A stretch of DNA of 64,000 bases from Nitrospirota bacterium (lineage in GTDB: Bacteria; Nitrospirota; UBA9217). Shown here piece after piece: positions 40,683 through 52,356 of the stretch. A program made the position numbers and the translations under genes. The notes under the pieces are model-generated. The model saw only the letters and a program-made list of their open reading frames with translations. It made no database searches and was not told the DNA's origin. Location: the NCBI GenBank assembly GCA_963796285.1, contig CAWCKW010000012.1:384001-448000 (forward strand), in the 5' to 3' direction. The stretch's first letter is position 1. Every line of letters starts with the position of its first letter.

Positions 40683-40951
40683 CTATTTTTGGCTGTCATA
40701 ACTGGTATCTTTAGCGTTTCTCTTGAAGAGACTTGCTACTTCGCCAAAGATAATGCCGAAACCGCCGTAAAACAGGCAGGTTAGTAATGGCGGTGGACCG
40801 GCATAAGGATTCGATGCAACCTTCATGGCACCAACCTGAATTAGTCGAAGCCAGGCGCCTCCAAAAAAATGCAAAGCAAATCAGGGCAAAAAAACATCCG
40901 CAAATACAGTTGTGTTCTCGATTTGAACTGGGAATTATTGTCACTCGTCAT
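40683..40951 (-). pseudogene. Integron cassette: small 2-TM hypothetical protein, frameshifted at two A7 runs
   Basis: Shortening the A7 runs at 40863-40869 and 40888-40894 by one base each gives an 88-aa ORF starting just after the attC R' box. Confidence 0.5.
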
Positions 40952-40967
40952 GAATGTACATCGCACG

Positions 40968-41025
40968 ATACAACAACGAGTTGAGCCCCGCGCGCAGAGC
41001 GCGGGACTCGAACGAGGTGTTAGGC
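40968..41025 (-). mobile_element. attC site
   Basis: Minus strand GCCTAAC-acctc-GTTCGAG-tcccgcgctctgcgcgcgggg-CTCAAC-tcgtt-GTTGTAT; the stop codon of the upstream antitoxin lies inside R''. Confidence 0.85.
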
Positions 41026-41259
41026 ACTCTTTTGATGATGAGATGTGTACCAATCTACAAGTTGTCGGATCATTTTTTGATACGACGTGTGATGCTTTTT
41101 GGCTTCTTTCTTGAAGAATTCAATGCTCGATTTCTTCAGGGCGAGCGTCACCTTGACATTGTCCTCCTTGAGGACCAGTTGCCCCGGAGGCGGCAGAAAA
41201 TCACTCACGACTTTCAGCTTTCCCATCGGTTCATCGGTGTACTTAATTTTGCTCTTCAT
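41020..41259 (-). CDS. CopG/BrnA-like ribbon-helix-helix antitoxin
   Basis: KIKYTDEPMG..DFLPPP..VKVTLAL..SIEFFK..YQKMIRQLVD.Y. Confidence 0.85.
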   Translation of the reverse strand: MKSKIKYTDEPMGKLKVVSDFLPPPGQLVLKEDNVKVTLALKKSSIEFFKKEAKKHHTSYQKMIRQLVDWYTSHHQKSA

Positions 41260-41521
41260 ATAACTTCCTTCCTTTCCGCCAATATCCTGCTCCGTATATC
41301 CGGATGATATTTCCTCTGTACGTGAAGCGAACGGTCATAATCCCTTCTCCGACGCGACCTATGCAATAATATCGATTCTCCTCGGCACTATGTTCCTCAT
41401 CCTCCGCGATGATGCGATGAGGGTCCAGAAAAGCGTGTTGAGCAAGCGAAAAAGATATATTATGCTTTTTCTGATTTTCCTGGTCCTTGTCCTCGTTAAT
41501 TCCTCCATCAGCTTTTCGTAC
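41243..41521 (-). pseudogene. BrnT family toxin lacking a start codon and the N-terminal FEWD motif
   Basis: Open frame [72 protein letters not shown]. Confidence 0.8.
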
Positions 41522-41529
41522 CGTTCCCC

Positions 41530-41589
41530 TTCTAACGCGCGGCTGACGCGCCGCCTTTTAGCGCGTCGCTGTCGGGCCGCTCGTTTACA
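41530..41589 (-). mobile_element. attC site
   Basis: Minus strand TGTAAAC-gagcg-GCCCGAC...GTCAGC-cgcgc-GTTAGAA imperfect palindrome immediately upstream of the brnT cassette. Confidence 0.75.
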
Positions 41590-41597
41590 TTCGAGTT

Positions 41598-41718
41598 TTA
41601 CGGATTCGTCTTTGGTGCTCTGTCATCTGCATATTCTTTCATGGCATCGGATAGCAATTGAACAACCGAATTCTCGAAGGCAGCATCAAGGATGTAAAGT
41701 TGCTTCTTTTGAGAAGCC
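41598..41718 (-). pseudogene. 3' end of a truncated cassette ORF
   Basis: [39 protein letters not shown] ends 8 nt before the attC R'' box. Confidence 0.45.
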
Positions 41719-41722
41719 GAGA

Positions 41723-41854
41723 CTGCAGGCGGGCTACGACCTCCGCACGATCCAGGAACTGCTCGGGCACGCCGACATCCGAACTACGATGATTTATACC
41801 CACTGTGTGCCGAGCAGGACAATCAAGGAAGTCGCCAGCCCGCTGGATTTCTGA
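41723..41854 (+). pseudogene. intI: Integron integrase C-terminal fragment
   Basis: [27 protein letters not shown]...VASPLDF matches IntI box II and the SPLD terminus; oriented divergently from the cassettes. Confidence 0.85.
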
Positions 41855-41976
41855 TCAGCGCGGCGCATGGCGCTGACATTATCCCCACCTGCTGTTTATC
41901 TTCCCTCATGCCGCGGAAACCCCTCATCGAATACCCCGGTGTTCTGTAACGTCATCGCCCATCCATTATCGGCCCA

Positions 41977-43224
41977 TCACTCCTTACGGACGTTCGGTCC
42001 GCCGCCATTCACTCTGCTGAGCAGGACCAGGCCAATGACAAAAAAAAGCGCAATGGAGAGGATCGCGGGCCGCTGGCTTCCGAAGGTTGACGATACGAAG
42101 CCGAAGACAAGAGGACCGAGGATTGCCGAAGATTTACCCACAAGAGAGTAAACACCGAAATATTCCGCTTCACTGCCCATTGGCACGAATTGGGTGTAAA
42201 AGGCGCGCGTACCGGCCTGCACCGTCCCGAGCCCCAATCCGGCTGTGCATGCCACGGCCCAGAACTGTGGTTTGGTCTGCACAAAATAAGCGATCACGGC
42301 GACGAGGGTCCAGAGGACCAGGGAGAGCATGACGATCTTTTTGGGCCCCCAGGTGTCGGTGGGTTTTGCCAGGACAAAGGCGCCGATGAGTGCGGTGAAT
42401 TGTACGGTGATATAGAGCCCGACGAGCTCACCCATTCCGAAATGCAGTGTCGTTGCCGCAAATATGCTTGAAAAGACGATGACCGTGTTGACGCCGTCTT
42501 CATATAACAGGTAGGCGATCAGAAATTTTCTCGGTTCTCTGCGTTTCCAGAGCGCCTTGATGGTTGTCCAGGCCTGCTCAACGCCCCGGGTCCCGGCTTG
42601 CAGTGCGGTGATATCAGCCCGCGTGTCTCGCGGCAAAAAAAGGAACGCGGGAAGGGAAAAGAGTGCGAAGAAGACCGCCGTGGCGATCCACGTCAGTCCG
42701 TACTGCCCGGATTTAACAAGCGGCAACGCGATCAGGAGAGAGGCGATGGAGCCTGCATATCCGACGCTGAAGCCCCAGCCCGACACCCTGCCGTGATACT
42801 CCGCCGGGGCTATTCGTGGAAGGAAGGAATTGTAGAAGACCAGGCCGCCTTCCATGCCGATGTTTGCGAACACGATCAGGATGAATCCGGCGATCACCGC
42901 GCCCGGCGTGAGGAGCGTCAACCCGGTCAGGGCAACGACGCATATCGCGGTATAGAATGCAAGAAGCCGTTTCTGCAGACCCGCGTAGTCGGCGATGCCG
43001 CCGAGGAACGGAGAGGAAAGGGCTATGAAGAGCATGCTCAAGGAGATGGCCCGACCCCACCAGAGATCGCCCTCACCGGAGCTGTTCCCGACGATCACGC
43101 CGGCGTAATAGACCGGGAATATGACCGCGGCGATAACAGCCGAGTAGCTTGAGTTCGCAAAATCGAAGAGACACCAGCTGAGTATCTGTTTTTTGTCCAC
43201 TGTCCTCGCTAAGGGAGCATGCAT
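41977..43224 (-). CDS. MFS transporter, UMF1/Atg22-like
   Basis: SWCLFDFANS, SPFLGGIAD, FYNSFLP, VSGWGFSVGY, YEDGVNT, GKSSAILGP. Confidence 0.9.
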   Translation of the reverse strand: MHAPLARTVDKKQILSWCLFDFANSSYSAVIAAVIFPVYYAGVIVGNSSGEGDLWWGRAISLSMLFIALSSPFLGGIADYAGLQKRLLAFYTAICVVALTGLTLLTPGAVIAGFILIVFANIGMEGGLVFYNSFLPRIAPAEYHGRVSGWGFSVGYAGSIASLLIALPLVKSGQYGLTWIATAVFFALFSLPAFLFLPRDTRADITALQAGTRGVEQAWTTIKALWKRREPRKFLIAYLLYEDGVNTVIVFSSIFAATTLHFGMGELVGLYITVQFTALIGAFVLAKPTDTWGPKKIVMLSLVLWTLVAVIAYFVQTKPQFWAVACTAGLGLGTVQAGTRAFYTQFVPMGSEAEYFGVYSLVGKSSAILGPLVFGFVSSTFGSQRPAILSIALFFVIGLVLLSRVNGGGPNVRKE

Positions 43225-43411
43225 GACGCATTATCATATAAATGAATCGTAAATGCAACGTATTCGGAAAATATGCGATACAGAACCAATTTGTGATCCG
43301 ATGTTCATTAGTGCTGGTTTATTGAATGCATACCAGCCGCCACCCAAACGAATATGTTGACTTTGTGGCGAAATTTAACTACTATCATTTTCGAGCGCTC
43401 ACGTCAAAAGG

Positions 43412-44059
43412 ATGGTGATGAAGATGAAAATACGGCTTCTACTGGTTATTGTTCTCGCCATGGTGTTGTCGGCAACATCGAACAGTTTCGCAGCCATCTA
43501 TAAATATATCGATAAAAACGGCATCATTTGTTTCGCCGACGATCTTCAGTCTATTCCTGAACAGTGCCGCGCAACGGCCAAAATAGTCAGTGGTGAGCAG
43601 GAAGAAGAAAGGAAACCCGCACTACAAAAACAACCGGAGACGCAGGCGGAAGCAATGCCGGGGAATGCATCATCCTCTGACCGGGGAAAGGTATCGATTG
43701 AAGGCACTGTTAAAAGCCTTTACAGCAGCAGGCTTCTGATCTCCGTCGTAGTCGTGGTGAGCGCTCTGTTCGCTTTTGTGATCCTGGGGATCCTCGATGC
43801 GGACCATAAAAAGGCAATTAGAATTGTCCGCGCCGTCATTTTGTGGGGGATGTCTGTTTACCTGATCGTTGCTCATGCGGGGGATGTTGTTCATATGTTC
43901 AGAACGTTGGAAGGCAAGGTCGATACGGTTCACCGTGAATCCGAGGAAAAAGGGAAAAAGGCCGCTAAAGCAATAAAAGAGATGAATGCTTTCATGGAGC
44001 ACGGTAACAATGCTGCATCACAGGATTCCGGAGGCGTTGATCCGGAGAAGAGGGACTAA
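43412..44059 (+). CDS. DUF4124 domain membrane protein
   Basis: Signal peptide, IYKYIDKNG..FADD..SIPEQ, then two TM segments. Confidence 0.75.
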   Translation: MVMKMKIRLLLVIVLAMVLSATSNSFAAIYKYIDKNGIICFADDLQSIPEQCRATAKIVSGEQEEERKPALQKQPETQAEAMPGNASSSDRGKVSIEGTVKSLYSSRLLISVVVVVSALFAFVILGILDADHKKAIRIVRAVILWGMSVYLIVAHAGDVVHMFRTLEGKVDTVHRESEEKGKKAAKAIKEMNAFMEHGNNAASQDSGGVDPEKRD

Positions 44060-44071
44060 GGTCAGCACCTG

Positions 44072-45457
44072 TCAGATGGTTTCCGTTACCAGCTTGATCG
44101 ACGTAAACACGATCTGCACCATTTGCTTGAGTTCCTGAAGCGATATCGAGAGCGGCGGCATGAGTACGAGAACATCCCCGAGGGGACGAATAATAAGCCC
44201 TCGATTGCGGCATTCCAGTACTATTCTGGCGCCGATCTTGTCCACAGACGGATAGGGCATTTTCGTTGCCCTATCCTTTACCAGCTCAATCCCGACCATG
44301 AAGCCTTTCTGCCTGATATTGCCGACGTGCTTCAGTTCTGAAAAACGCGCCAATTCCTTTTTCAAATAGGCTATCTTCGGCTGGAGCCTGGTCAGTGTCT
44401 TCTCCTTTTTGAAGAGATCAATGCTGGCGATGGATGCGGCGCAGGCGAGGGGATTCCCGGTGTAGGTGTGGCCGTGGAAGAAGGTCCGGAATTCCTGGTG
44501 TTCACCGAGGAATCCGCGATAGATTTCCTCTGTGGTGAGCGTTGCCGCCAGGGGAAGGTATCCGCCGGTGATCCCCTTGGCCATGCACAGAATGTCCGGG
44601 GTCACCTGTTCGTGCTCGCAGGCGAACATCTTTCCGGTCCTGCCGAAGCCGGTTGCTACTTCATCCGCGATCATCAGAATATTGTTCTTCGTACAAAGCT
44701 CCCGGGTCCGTTTTACGTAGCCCGGCGGTTGAATGAGCATGCCGGCGGCCCCCTGGACCAGGGGCTCGATGATAAGGGCCGCGGTCACCGAGGCGTATTT
44801 CTCGATTGTTCTCTCGGCGTGCATGAGGCAGGTCTTCTGGCATTCCGGCCAGGCCAAACCGTACGTGCAGCGATAACAGTGGGGCGAATCGATTTTCCTG
44901 GTCTGGAACAGGAGTGGCCGGTAGATAGTGTGAAAAAGGTCGATGCCTCCCACGCTCACAGACCCAAGGGTATCGCCGTGATACGCCCCGCTGAGTGAAA
45001 TGAACCCGGTTTTTCGCTGGTGCGCCGGTCCTTTCTGCTGCCAGTACTGGAAAGCGATCTTGAGCGCGATCTCCACCGCTGTGGAGCCGCTGTCGGAATA
45101 GAAAACCTTTGTAAGTCCGGCAGGCGCAATTGCAATGAGTTTTTCCGCGAGCAGGATAGCCGGTACGTTGGAGAGCCCCAGCAGGGTAGAGTGGGAGATC
45201 TTCTTGAGCTGTTTTTCCAGCGCCTGGTCTATTTCTTTTTTACGATGTCCGTGAACCGTAACCCAGAGCGAAGATACCCCATCGATGTATTTTTTACCGT
45301 GGATATCGGTAAGGACCGACCCCTTGCCGCTTTCGATGATGACGGGCGTGTCCTTTCCCCAGTCCTTCATTTGGGTAAAGGGATGCCAGATATATTTTTT
45401 GTCCAGTTTTTCCAGGTGCCCTGCGGCAGGTTTTTTTGATTGGCCTTTTGGTGGCAA
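44072..45457 (-). CDS. bioA: Adenosylmethionine-8-amino-7-oxononanoate aminotransferase
   Basis: IWHPFTQM, SDSGSTAVEIALK, YHGDT, DEVATGFGRTG, AKGITGG, HGHTYTGNP. Confidence 0.95.
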   Translation of the reverse strand: MPPKGQSKKPAAGHLEKLDKKYIWHPFTQMKDWGKDTPVIIESGKGSVLTDIHGKKYIDGVSSLWVTVHGHRKKEIDQALEKQLKKISHSTLLGLSNVPAILLAEKLIAIAPAGLTKVFYSDSGSTAVEIALKIAFQYWQQKGPAHQRKTGFISLSGAYHGDTLGSVSVGGIDLFHTIYRPLLFQTRKIDSPHCYRCTYGLAWPECQKTCLMHAERTIEKYASVTAALIIEPLVQGAAGMLIQPPGYVKRTRELCTKNNILMIADEVATGFGRTGKMFACEHEQVTPDILCMAKGITGGYLPLAATLTTEEIYRGFLGEHQEFRTFFHGHTYTGNPLACAASIASIDLFKKEKTLTRLQPKIAYLKKELARFSELKHVGNIRQKGFMVGIELVKDRATKMPYPSVDKIGARIVLECRNRGLIIRPLGDVLVLMPPLSISLQELKQMVQIVFTSIKLVTETI

Positions 45458-45633
45458 AAATCATGCCCTCTTTCCCGAATGTATTGGAACATTGGCATTA
45501 TAGGCCATCAGTCATTTTTGTCAATAATAAAAAGGGCTTGAAAAGATTCGTATCTTTCTGGTAGAATAGGAATCGCTGACTAAAAAGAACTCATCACAGG
45601 TGCAGATGTATCCTCCGGAGGTCTTTCATACCC

Positions 45634-47133
<1,500 letters not shown>

Positions 47134-47324
47134 CCTCAATTGATAAATAAACGTCCACTCTCAAACGCCAGATCACAAATAAGAACCAAATAGCAAATAA
47201 TGCCAGGCACTCATTGTCAAAGTCCGAACGTTATTGATATGGAAGTGATGAGTTTGGAGCTTATTCGAGATGCGGGAATTGTCGGATGCAATGTATAAAT
47301 TTTATTTAAAAGGAGGTGAGAAAG

Positions 47325-48338
47325 ATGGGACTTATCGTTATTCGTATAATGTTTATTTCTTTAGGCACGCTGCTGGGATACTATGTTTCCACCCAGCTCT
47401 ATGATCAGGTCAGCAAGATAGAGGGGATGGCCATTGGTGTTGGTGTTACGGTACTGATTATTCTTACCGAATATTTGTTTAGAAAGGTCTCATTAAAAGT
47501 CATTGTCGGTGGTATCCTTGGTTTTATCCTTGGCCTGATGTCCGCAAATATTATAGCGACACCGCTCAAGCTCGTGCCGCTTGAACGAAGCATCGTGAAT
47601 TTCATCCTCCTGCTCATGAACGGTTTCTTCGGCTACATCGGAATTGTCATTGGTATCCGGGAGGGTGAGAAGTTCAACCCCATGAGCCTTAAAAAGCTCT
47701 TCAAAGGCGGCTCGGAAGAGAACATCAAGATCATGGATACGAGCGTGATCATCGACGGCAGGATCGCTGACGTGTGCGAGACCGAATTCATCGACGGAAC
47801 CATCCTCATCCCGCAGTTCATCCTGCACGAACTCCAGCATATTGCCGATTCCTCAGACTCACTCAAGCGGGCGCGGGGAAGACGGGGTCTTGATATTCTG
47901 CACCGTATCCAGAAGATGAGCCACATGGAAGTGCGGATCACCGAAGAGGACTTCCCCAAGATCCGCGAAGTGGACAGCAAACTGATCGCCCTGGCCAAGA
48001 AGCTCGGCGCCAAGGTCATCACGAACGATTTCAATCTCAACAAGGTCGCGGAACTCCAAGGCGTCAAGGTCCTGAATATCAACGATCTGTCGAATGCAGT
48101 GAAGCCCGTGGCGCTTCCGGGAGAGAGCATGCGGGTATTCGTTCTCAAGGAGGGCAAGGAGCTGGGCCAGGGAGTGGCCTACCTTGATGATGGCACGATG
48201 ATCGTGGTGGAGAACGGCCGCAAGCACATCAACAAGAACGTTGATGTGACGGTCACGAGCGTGCTCCAGACCGCGGCGGGACGAATGATCTTCACAAAAC
48301 TCAAGGAAGATATGGAGCACGAGCAGACGGATAGGTAG
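47325..48338 (+). CDS. PIN/TRAM domain membrane protein (YacL-like)
   Basis: Four TMs, DTSVIIDGRI, RGRRGLD, TNDFNLNK, YLDDGTM, LQTAAGRMIF. Confidence 0.93.
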   Translation: MGLIVIRIMFISLGTLLGYYVSTQLYDQVSKIEGMAIGVGVTVLIILTEYLFRKVSLKVIVGGILGFILGLMSANIIATPLKLVPLERSIVNFILLLMNGFFGYIGIVIGIREGEKFNPMSLKKLFKGGSEENIKIMDTSVIIDGRIADVCETEFIDGTILIPQFILHELQHIADSSDSLKRARGRRGLDILHRIQKMSHMEVRITEEDFPKIREVDSKLIALAKKLGAKVITNDFNLNKVAELQGVKVLNINDLSNAVKPVALPGESMRVFVLKEGKELGQGVAYLDDGTMIVVENGRKHINKNVDVTVTSVLQTAAGRMIFTKLKEDMEHEQTDR

Positions 48339-48453
48339 TTCAAACAGTAACTATTGAATGCAAAATGCAAAATGAAATATTGAAAAGTGCGAAGATAAAA
48401 GCCGCTTTGCAATTTTCCTTTTTGACATATTTATTTGAAATACAGGAGGTTTC

Positions 48454-49200
48454 ATGTCAGGACATTCAAAATGGGCAACAACGAAACACAAAAAAGCGGC
48501 AACTGATGCGAAGCGGGGAAAGAGCTTTACGAAGATCGGGAAGGAGATTACCGTGGCGGCCAGACTGGGCGGCGGTGACCCCAATGGGAACCCGCGTCTC
48601 AGGACCGCCATCGCCAATGCGAAAGCTATAAGCCTGCCTGGCGAGAATATCAAGCGTGCTATCCAAAAGGGCACGGGCGAACTGCCCGGGGTCTCGTACG
48701 AGGAGATAACCTACGAAGGATACGGCCCGGGCGGCGTAGCGGTCATTGCCGAGTCCATGACCGACAACCGGAACAGGACTGTTTCCGAGATCCGAAATAT
48801 TTTCAGCAAGGCCGGCGGCAATATGGGCGAGGCGGGCTGCGTTTCCTGGATGTTCCATAAGAAGGGGTATCTGGTGGTCAACAAAGCCAAGATCGATGAG
48901 GACAAGCTTATGACACTGGCCCTCGATGCAGGGGCCGAGGACATGCAGCCTGAGGACGATAATTTCGTGATCACGACGGCGCCGAACGATTTTGAGAAGG
49001 TGAAGAAGGTGCTTGAAGATGCGGGCGTTGCAACGGAGGTTGCCGAGATCACCATGATCCCGCAGACCTATGTCAAGCTCGATGGCAAGGAAGCCCAGCA
49101 GATGCTGCGTTTAGTAGAGACGCTCGAGGACAATGACGATGTCCAGAACGTGTATGCCAACTTCGATATACCGGAAGAGATATTGAATGCGATGCAATAG
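48454..49200 (+). CDS. yebC: YebC/PmpR family protein
   Basis: [35 protein letters not shown]. Confidence 0.96.
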   Translation: MSGHSKWATTKHKKAATDAKRGKSFTKIGKEITVAARLGGGDPNGNPRLRTAIANAKAISLPGENIKRAIQKGTGELPGVSYEEITYEGYGPGGVAVIAESMTDNRNRTVSEIRNIFSKAGGNMGEAGCVSWMFHKKGYLVVNKAKIDEDKLMTLALDAGAEDMQPEDDNFVITTAPNDFEKVKKVLEDAGVATEVAEITMIPQTYVKLDGKEAQQMLRLVETLEDNDDVQNVYANFDIPEEILNAMQ

Positions 49201-49211
49201 CGACAATTAAA

Positions 49212-49343
49212 AAACAAGCACCAATGACCAAGCACCAAATAACAAATAAATTTCAATAATCAAACATCAAGTTCCAAACGTTTGGTTATTGTCATTTGGT
49301 GTTTGGTTATTATTTGTAATTTGGTATTTGGAACTTGGAATTT
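49212..49343. repeat. Heptamer-periodic imperfect palindrome
   Basis: CAAGCAC CAATGAC CAAGCAC CAAATAA CAAATAA ... centre CCAAACGTTTGG ... TTGGTAT TTGGAAC TTGGAAT. Confidence 0.8.
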
Positions 49344-49361
49344 TTCTAGGCAGGGGGATTT

Positions 49362-49925
49362 ATGAGGGTGATGGGAATTGATCCGGGGACGCTGACGAGC
49401 GGTTATGGGATCGTAGTGGAAGAGGACCATAAGTTGTTCCACGTGGTATCGGGCGGTATCAGCCCGTCGGCAAAGCAGCCATTTCCCATGCGGCTTAAGA
49501 AGATCTATGAAGAACTTGAGAAGATTATCGACAAGTACCGGCCGCACGTGGTCGTTGTCGAGGACCTGTTCGTTTCCAAGAACATCAAATCCGCGCTCAA
49601 GCTCGGGCACGCCCGGGGTGTCGCGATCCTCGCGGCCATGAATGCCGGTTTGCCTGTGTTCGAATACGCCCCGCTCGAGGTCAAGCAGGCGGTAGTGGGG
49701 AACGGCAAGGCCGAAAAAAAACAGGTGCAGTTAATGGTCAAGGCCCTGCTCGATCTTCCCAAGGTTCCCCATCCTGCTGATGCAGCCGACGCCCTTGCCG
49801 CCGCGATCTGTCATATCCATTCATCGAGGCTCAGGGAAATCCTCAAAAACCCGTCTTCCCTGCGGCAGCCCGGGAGAGGCGTGAGCGGTTTCAGGAGCGC
49901 CGGCATCCGCGGAACGCGGGCCTGA
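49362..49925 (+). CDS. ruvC: Holliday junction resolvase RuvC
   Basis: GIDPG, VEDLF, LGHARG, VKQAVVGNG.A.K.QV, DAADALA. Confidence 0.96.
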   Translation: MRVMGIDPGTLTSGYGIVVEEDHKLFHVVSGGISPSAKQPFPMRLKKIYEELEKIIDKYRPHVVVVEDLFVSKNIKSALKLGHARGVAILAAMNAGLPVFEYAPLEVKQAVVGNGKAEKKQVQLMVKALLDLPKVPHPADAADALAAAICHIHSSRLREILKNPSSLRQPGRGVSGFRSAGIRGTRA

Positions 49926-49929
49926 CCCT

Positions 49930-50532
49930 ATGATCGCATGGCTTTCAGGCAAACTCAGGCACAAGGCCACCGACTATCTGATTATCGACGTTGCCGGTAT
50001 AGGATATCAGGTCGCGGTGCCGCTCTCGACGTATCTCGGCATCCCTGATGAGGGAGAGGTCGTCAGCCTCCATATTCATACCCATGTTCGAGAAGACGCG
50101 CTTTCCCTTTTCGGTTTTTTGACCGAGGCGGAGAAGAACATGTTTTTGCTCCTTATGGGTGTTTCCGGGATTGGTTCCAAACTTGCGCTTGCAATCCTAT
50201 CCAGCCTTTCCGTCCAGGATCTTTCACGCGCTATTCAGGCCTCCGATGATTCCAGACTCCGCTTGATCCCCGGTATCGGGAAAAAAACTGCCGCGCGAAT
50301 GGTCCTTGAATTAAAAGACAAGATGAAATTGATCATTCCCGCGGTTCCAGCACCGTTGTCAGGTCCGGCTGTGGTGTCAGATGACATCGAGGACGTGACA
50401 TCGGCGCTCGTGAATCTTGGATACAAAAGACCGCAGGCGGAAGAAACGGTCAGAAAAATCAGACATGCCCGTCCTGACCTTGGGGTCGAAGAACTGATCA
50501 GGGAAGCGCTCCAAATGTTGCTGAAGAGGTAG
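49930..50532 (+). CDS. ruvA: Holliday junction branch migration protein RuvA
   Basis: MIAWLSGK, HVREDA..LFGF, GIGKKTAAR, ALVNLGY. Confidence 0.96.
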   Translation: MIAWLSGKLRHKATDYLIIDVAGIGYQVAVPLSTYLGIPDEGEVVSLHIHTHVREDALSLFGFLTEAEKNMFLLLMGVSGIGSKLALAILSSLSVQDLSRAIQASDDSRLRLIPGIGKKTAARMVLELKDKMKLIIPAVPAPLSGPAVVSDDIEDVTSALVNLGYKRPQAEETVRKIRHARPDLGVEELIREALQMLLKR

Positions 50533-50568
50533 CTCCATACTGTTTCATAAGGGACGAGGTAAACGGCA

Positions 50569-51588
50569 ATGCCGGAAAGGATCATAGAACCCGAGCAGAA
50601 CGATGACGACGTACAACTCGACCGGAGCCTTCGGCCTGTCCGTTTTGAGGACTTTATCGGCCAGGACAGGATCAAGGAGAACCTGCGAGTATTCATCGAG
50701 GCTGCCAAAGGAAGGGGTGAGGCGCTCGACCATGTGCTGTTTTGCGGACCGCCGGGGCTCGGCAAGACGACGCTTGCGCATATTATTGCGCATGAACTCG
50801 GCGTGAACATCAAGTCGACGTCCGGCCCGGTGCTCGAACGCGCCGGCGATCTCGCCGCAATCCTTACGAATCTCCAGGAGCGTGATGTCCTGTTTATCGA
50901 TGAGATCCACCGGCTGAACCGGGTGGTTGAAGAGATCCTGTATCCGGCAATGGAAGATTTTCAGCTCGATATCATCATCGGCCAGGGACCGGGAGCGCGA
51001 TCCATAAAGCTCGACCTGCCGAACTTTACGCTCGTGGGGGCCACCACGAGGACCGGTCTCCTGACGTCTCCGCTCAGGGACCGTTTCGGGGTGATCGACC
51101 GGCTCAATTTTTATTCCCCGGACGAGTTGAGGACGATTGTACAGCGTTCGGCGGACCTTTTACTGACAAAGATCGATGCGGCCGCAGCCTCAGAGATAGC
51201 CCGTCGCTCCCGGGGCACACCGAGGATAGTCAATCGCCTGCTCCGGAGAGTGAGGGATTTTGCACAGGTGGAGGGCGACGGGGAAATCACGAAGGGACTC
51301 GTTGAGAGCTCAATGAAACGGCTTGAAGTGGATGAAAAAGGTTTTGATCATATGGACCGGAGGCTTTTACTGACGATCATCGATAAGTTCGAAGGAGGGC
51401 CGGTAGGCCTCGAAACCCTTGCAGCGGCGCTGAGTGAAGAAAAGGACACGCTGGAGGATGTGTACGAACCCTTTCTGATACAGGAAGGATTCCTCGACCG
51501 CACCCCCCGGGGCAGACAGGCAACGCGCCGTGCCTATGAGTATTTCGGAAGGAAAAAGCCCGCATCGGATCAGGAAAGATTATTATGA
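50569..51588 (+). CDS. ruvB: Holliday junction helicase RuvB
   Basis: [35 protein letters not shown]. Confidence 0.97.
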   Translation: MPERIIEPEQNDDDVQLDRSLRPVRFEDFIGQDRIKENLRVFIEAAKGRGEALDHVLFCGPPGLGKTTLAHIIAHELGVNIKSTSGPVLERAGDLAAILTNLQERDVLFIDEIHRLNRVVEEILYPAMEDFQLDIIIGQGPGARSIKLDLPNFTLVGATTRTGLLTSPLRDRFGVIDRLNFYSPDELRTIVQRSADLLLTKIDAAAASEIARRSRGTPRIVNRLLRRVRDFAQVEGDGEITKGLVESSMKRLEVDEKGFDHMDRRLLLTIIDKFEGGPVGLETLAAALSEEKDTLEDVYEPFLIQEGFLDRTPRGRQATRRAYEYFGRKKPASDQERLL

Positions 51589-51729
51589 GAAAAGTGGACA
51601 GAGGAACGAATACGGATAACAGCTTAACAGACAATGGATGGACAGGGAGAAGATCTTTGTTTGCTCTTGCGTGTCCTCCGTCATCTGGGTTCTGTTATAT
51701 TTATCACTGATGTCAGAGAGTCTGGAACA

Positions 51730-52266
51730 ATGAACGTGTTTCTCCATATATGCTGCGCTCCCTGCGCACTTTATCCTTATTTCAGGCTGAAGGAAGAAGG
51801 ATTCGAGCCAACAGGATTTTTCTATAATCCGAATATCCATCCATATCTGGAATACAAAAAAAGGCTTGATACGGTCAAAGAGTTCTCGTCCCGCGTGGGT
51901 CTTGAGGTCCATTATCAGGATGGTTACGACCTCGACCAGTTTCTCCTTCGCATTGCGGGCACAGGAACCCAGAGGTGTGAGCATTGTTACCGGATTAGAC
52001 TGAATGCAGCCGCCGCTGCCGCTGCGCGGGAAAAGGGGTTCGGCGCCTTCACAACGTCTCTTCTGTATAGCAAGTTCCAGAAGCATGACCTGATCAAAGG
52101 AATTGCGAAAGAGGCGGCGGCAGAACACGGCATCGAGTTTTATTATGAGGATTTCCGGCGCGGTTGGCGGGAAGGGGTCGTAGAGTCCAGGGCCATGGGT
52201 CTCTACCGTCAGCAATACTGCGGCTGTATCTACAGTGAAAAAGAGAGGTACGAAAAGCACTCATGA
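51730..52266 (+). CDS. queH: Epoxyqueuosine reductase QueH
   Basis: LHICCAPC, FYNPNIHP, RCEHCY, YRQQYCGCIYS. Confidence 0.92.
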   Translation: MNVFLHICCAPCALYPYFRLKEEGFEPTGFFYNPNIHPYLEYKKRLDTVKEFSSRVGLEVHYQDGYDLDQFLLRIAGTGTQRCEHCYRIRLNAAAAAAAREKGFGAFTTSLLYSKFQKHDLIKGIAKEAAAEHGIEFYYEDFRRGWREGVVESRAMGLYRQQYCGCIYSEKERYEKHS

Positions 52267-52296
52267 GCTTTCAGTTCACTGCGGAGCACGAAGAAT

Positions 52297-52347
52297 CCCC
52301 CTCTCCTCAATCCCCTCCCTCCTCGGGAGAGGGTGGGGTGTGAAGGG
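52297..52347. repeat. REP-like CCCCTC/GGGAGAGGG element
   Basis: CCCCCTCTCCTCAATCCCCTCCCTCCTCGGGAGAGGGTGGGGTGTGAAGGG; related copy at 17921-17955. Confidence 0.5.
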
Positions 52348-52356
52348 TATGTACCG

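Noticed and set aside
41390-41854. 154-aa ORF as an intact integrase
   Set aside because: Only the last ~43 codons are integrase-like; the rest is antisense to brnT, an attC and a cassette fragment.
49212-49343. CRISPR array
   Set aside because: Degenerate 7-nt periodicity without identical 25-40 nt repeats and unique spacers; no array or cas gene seen in the window.
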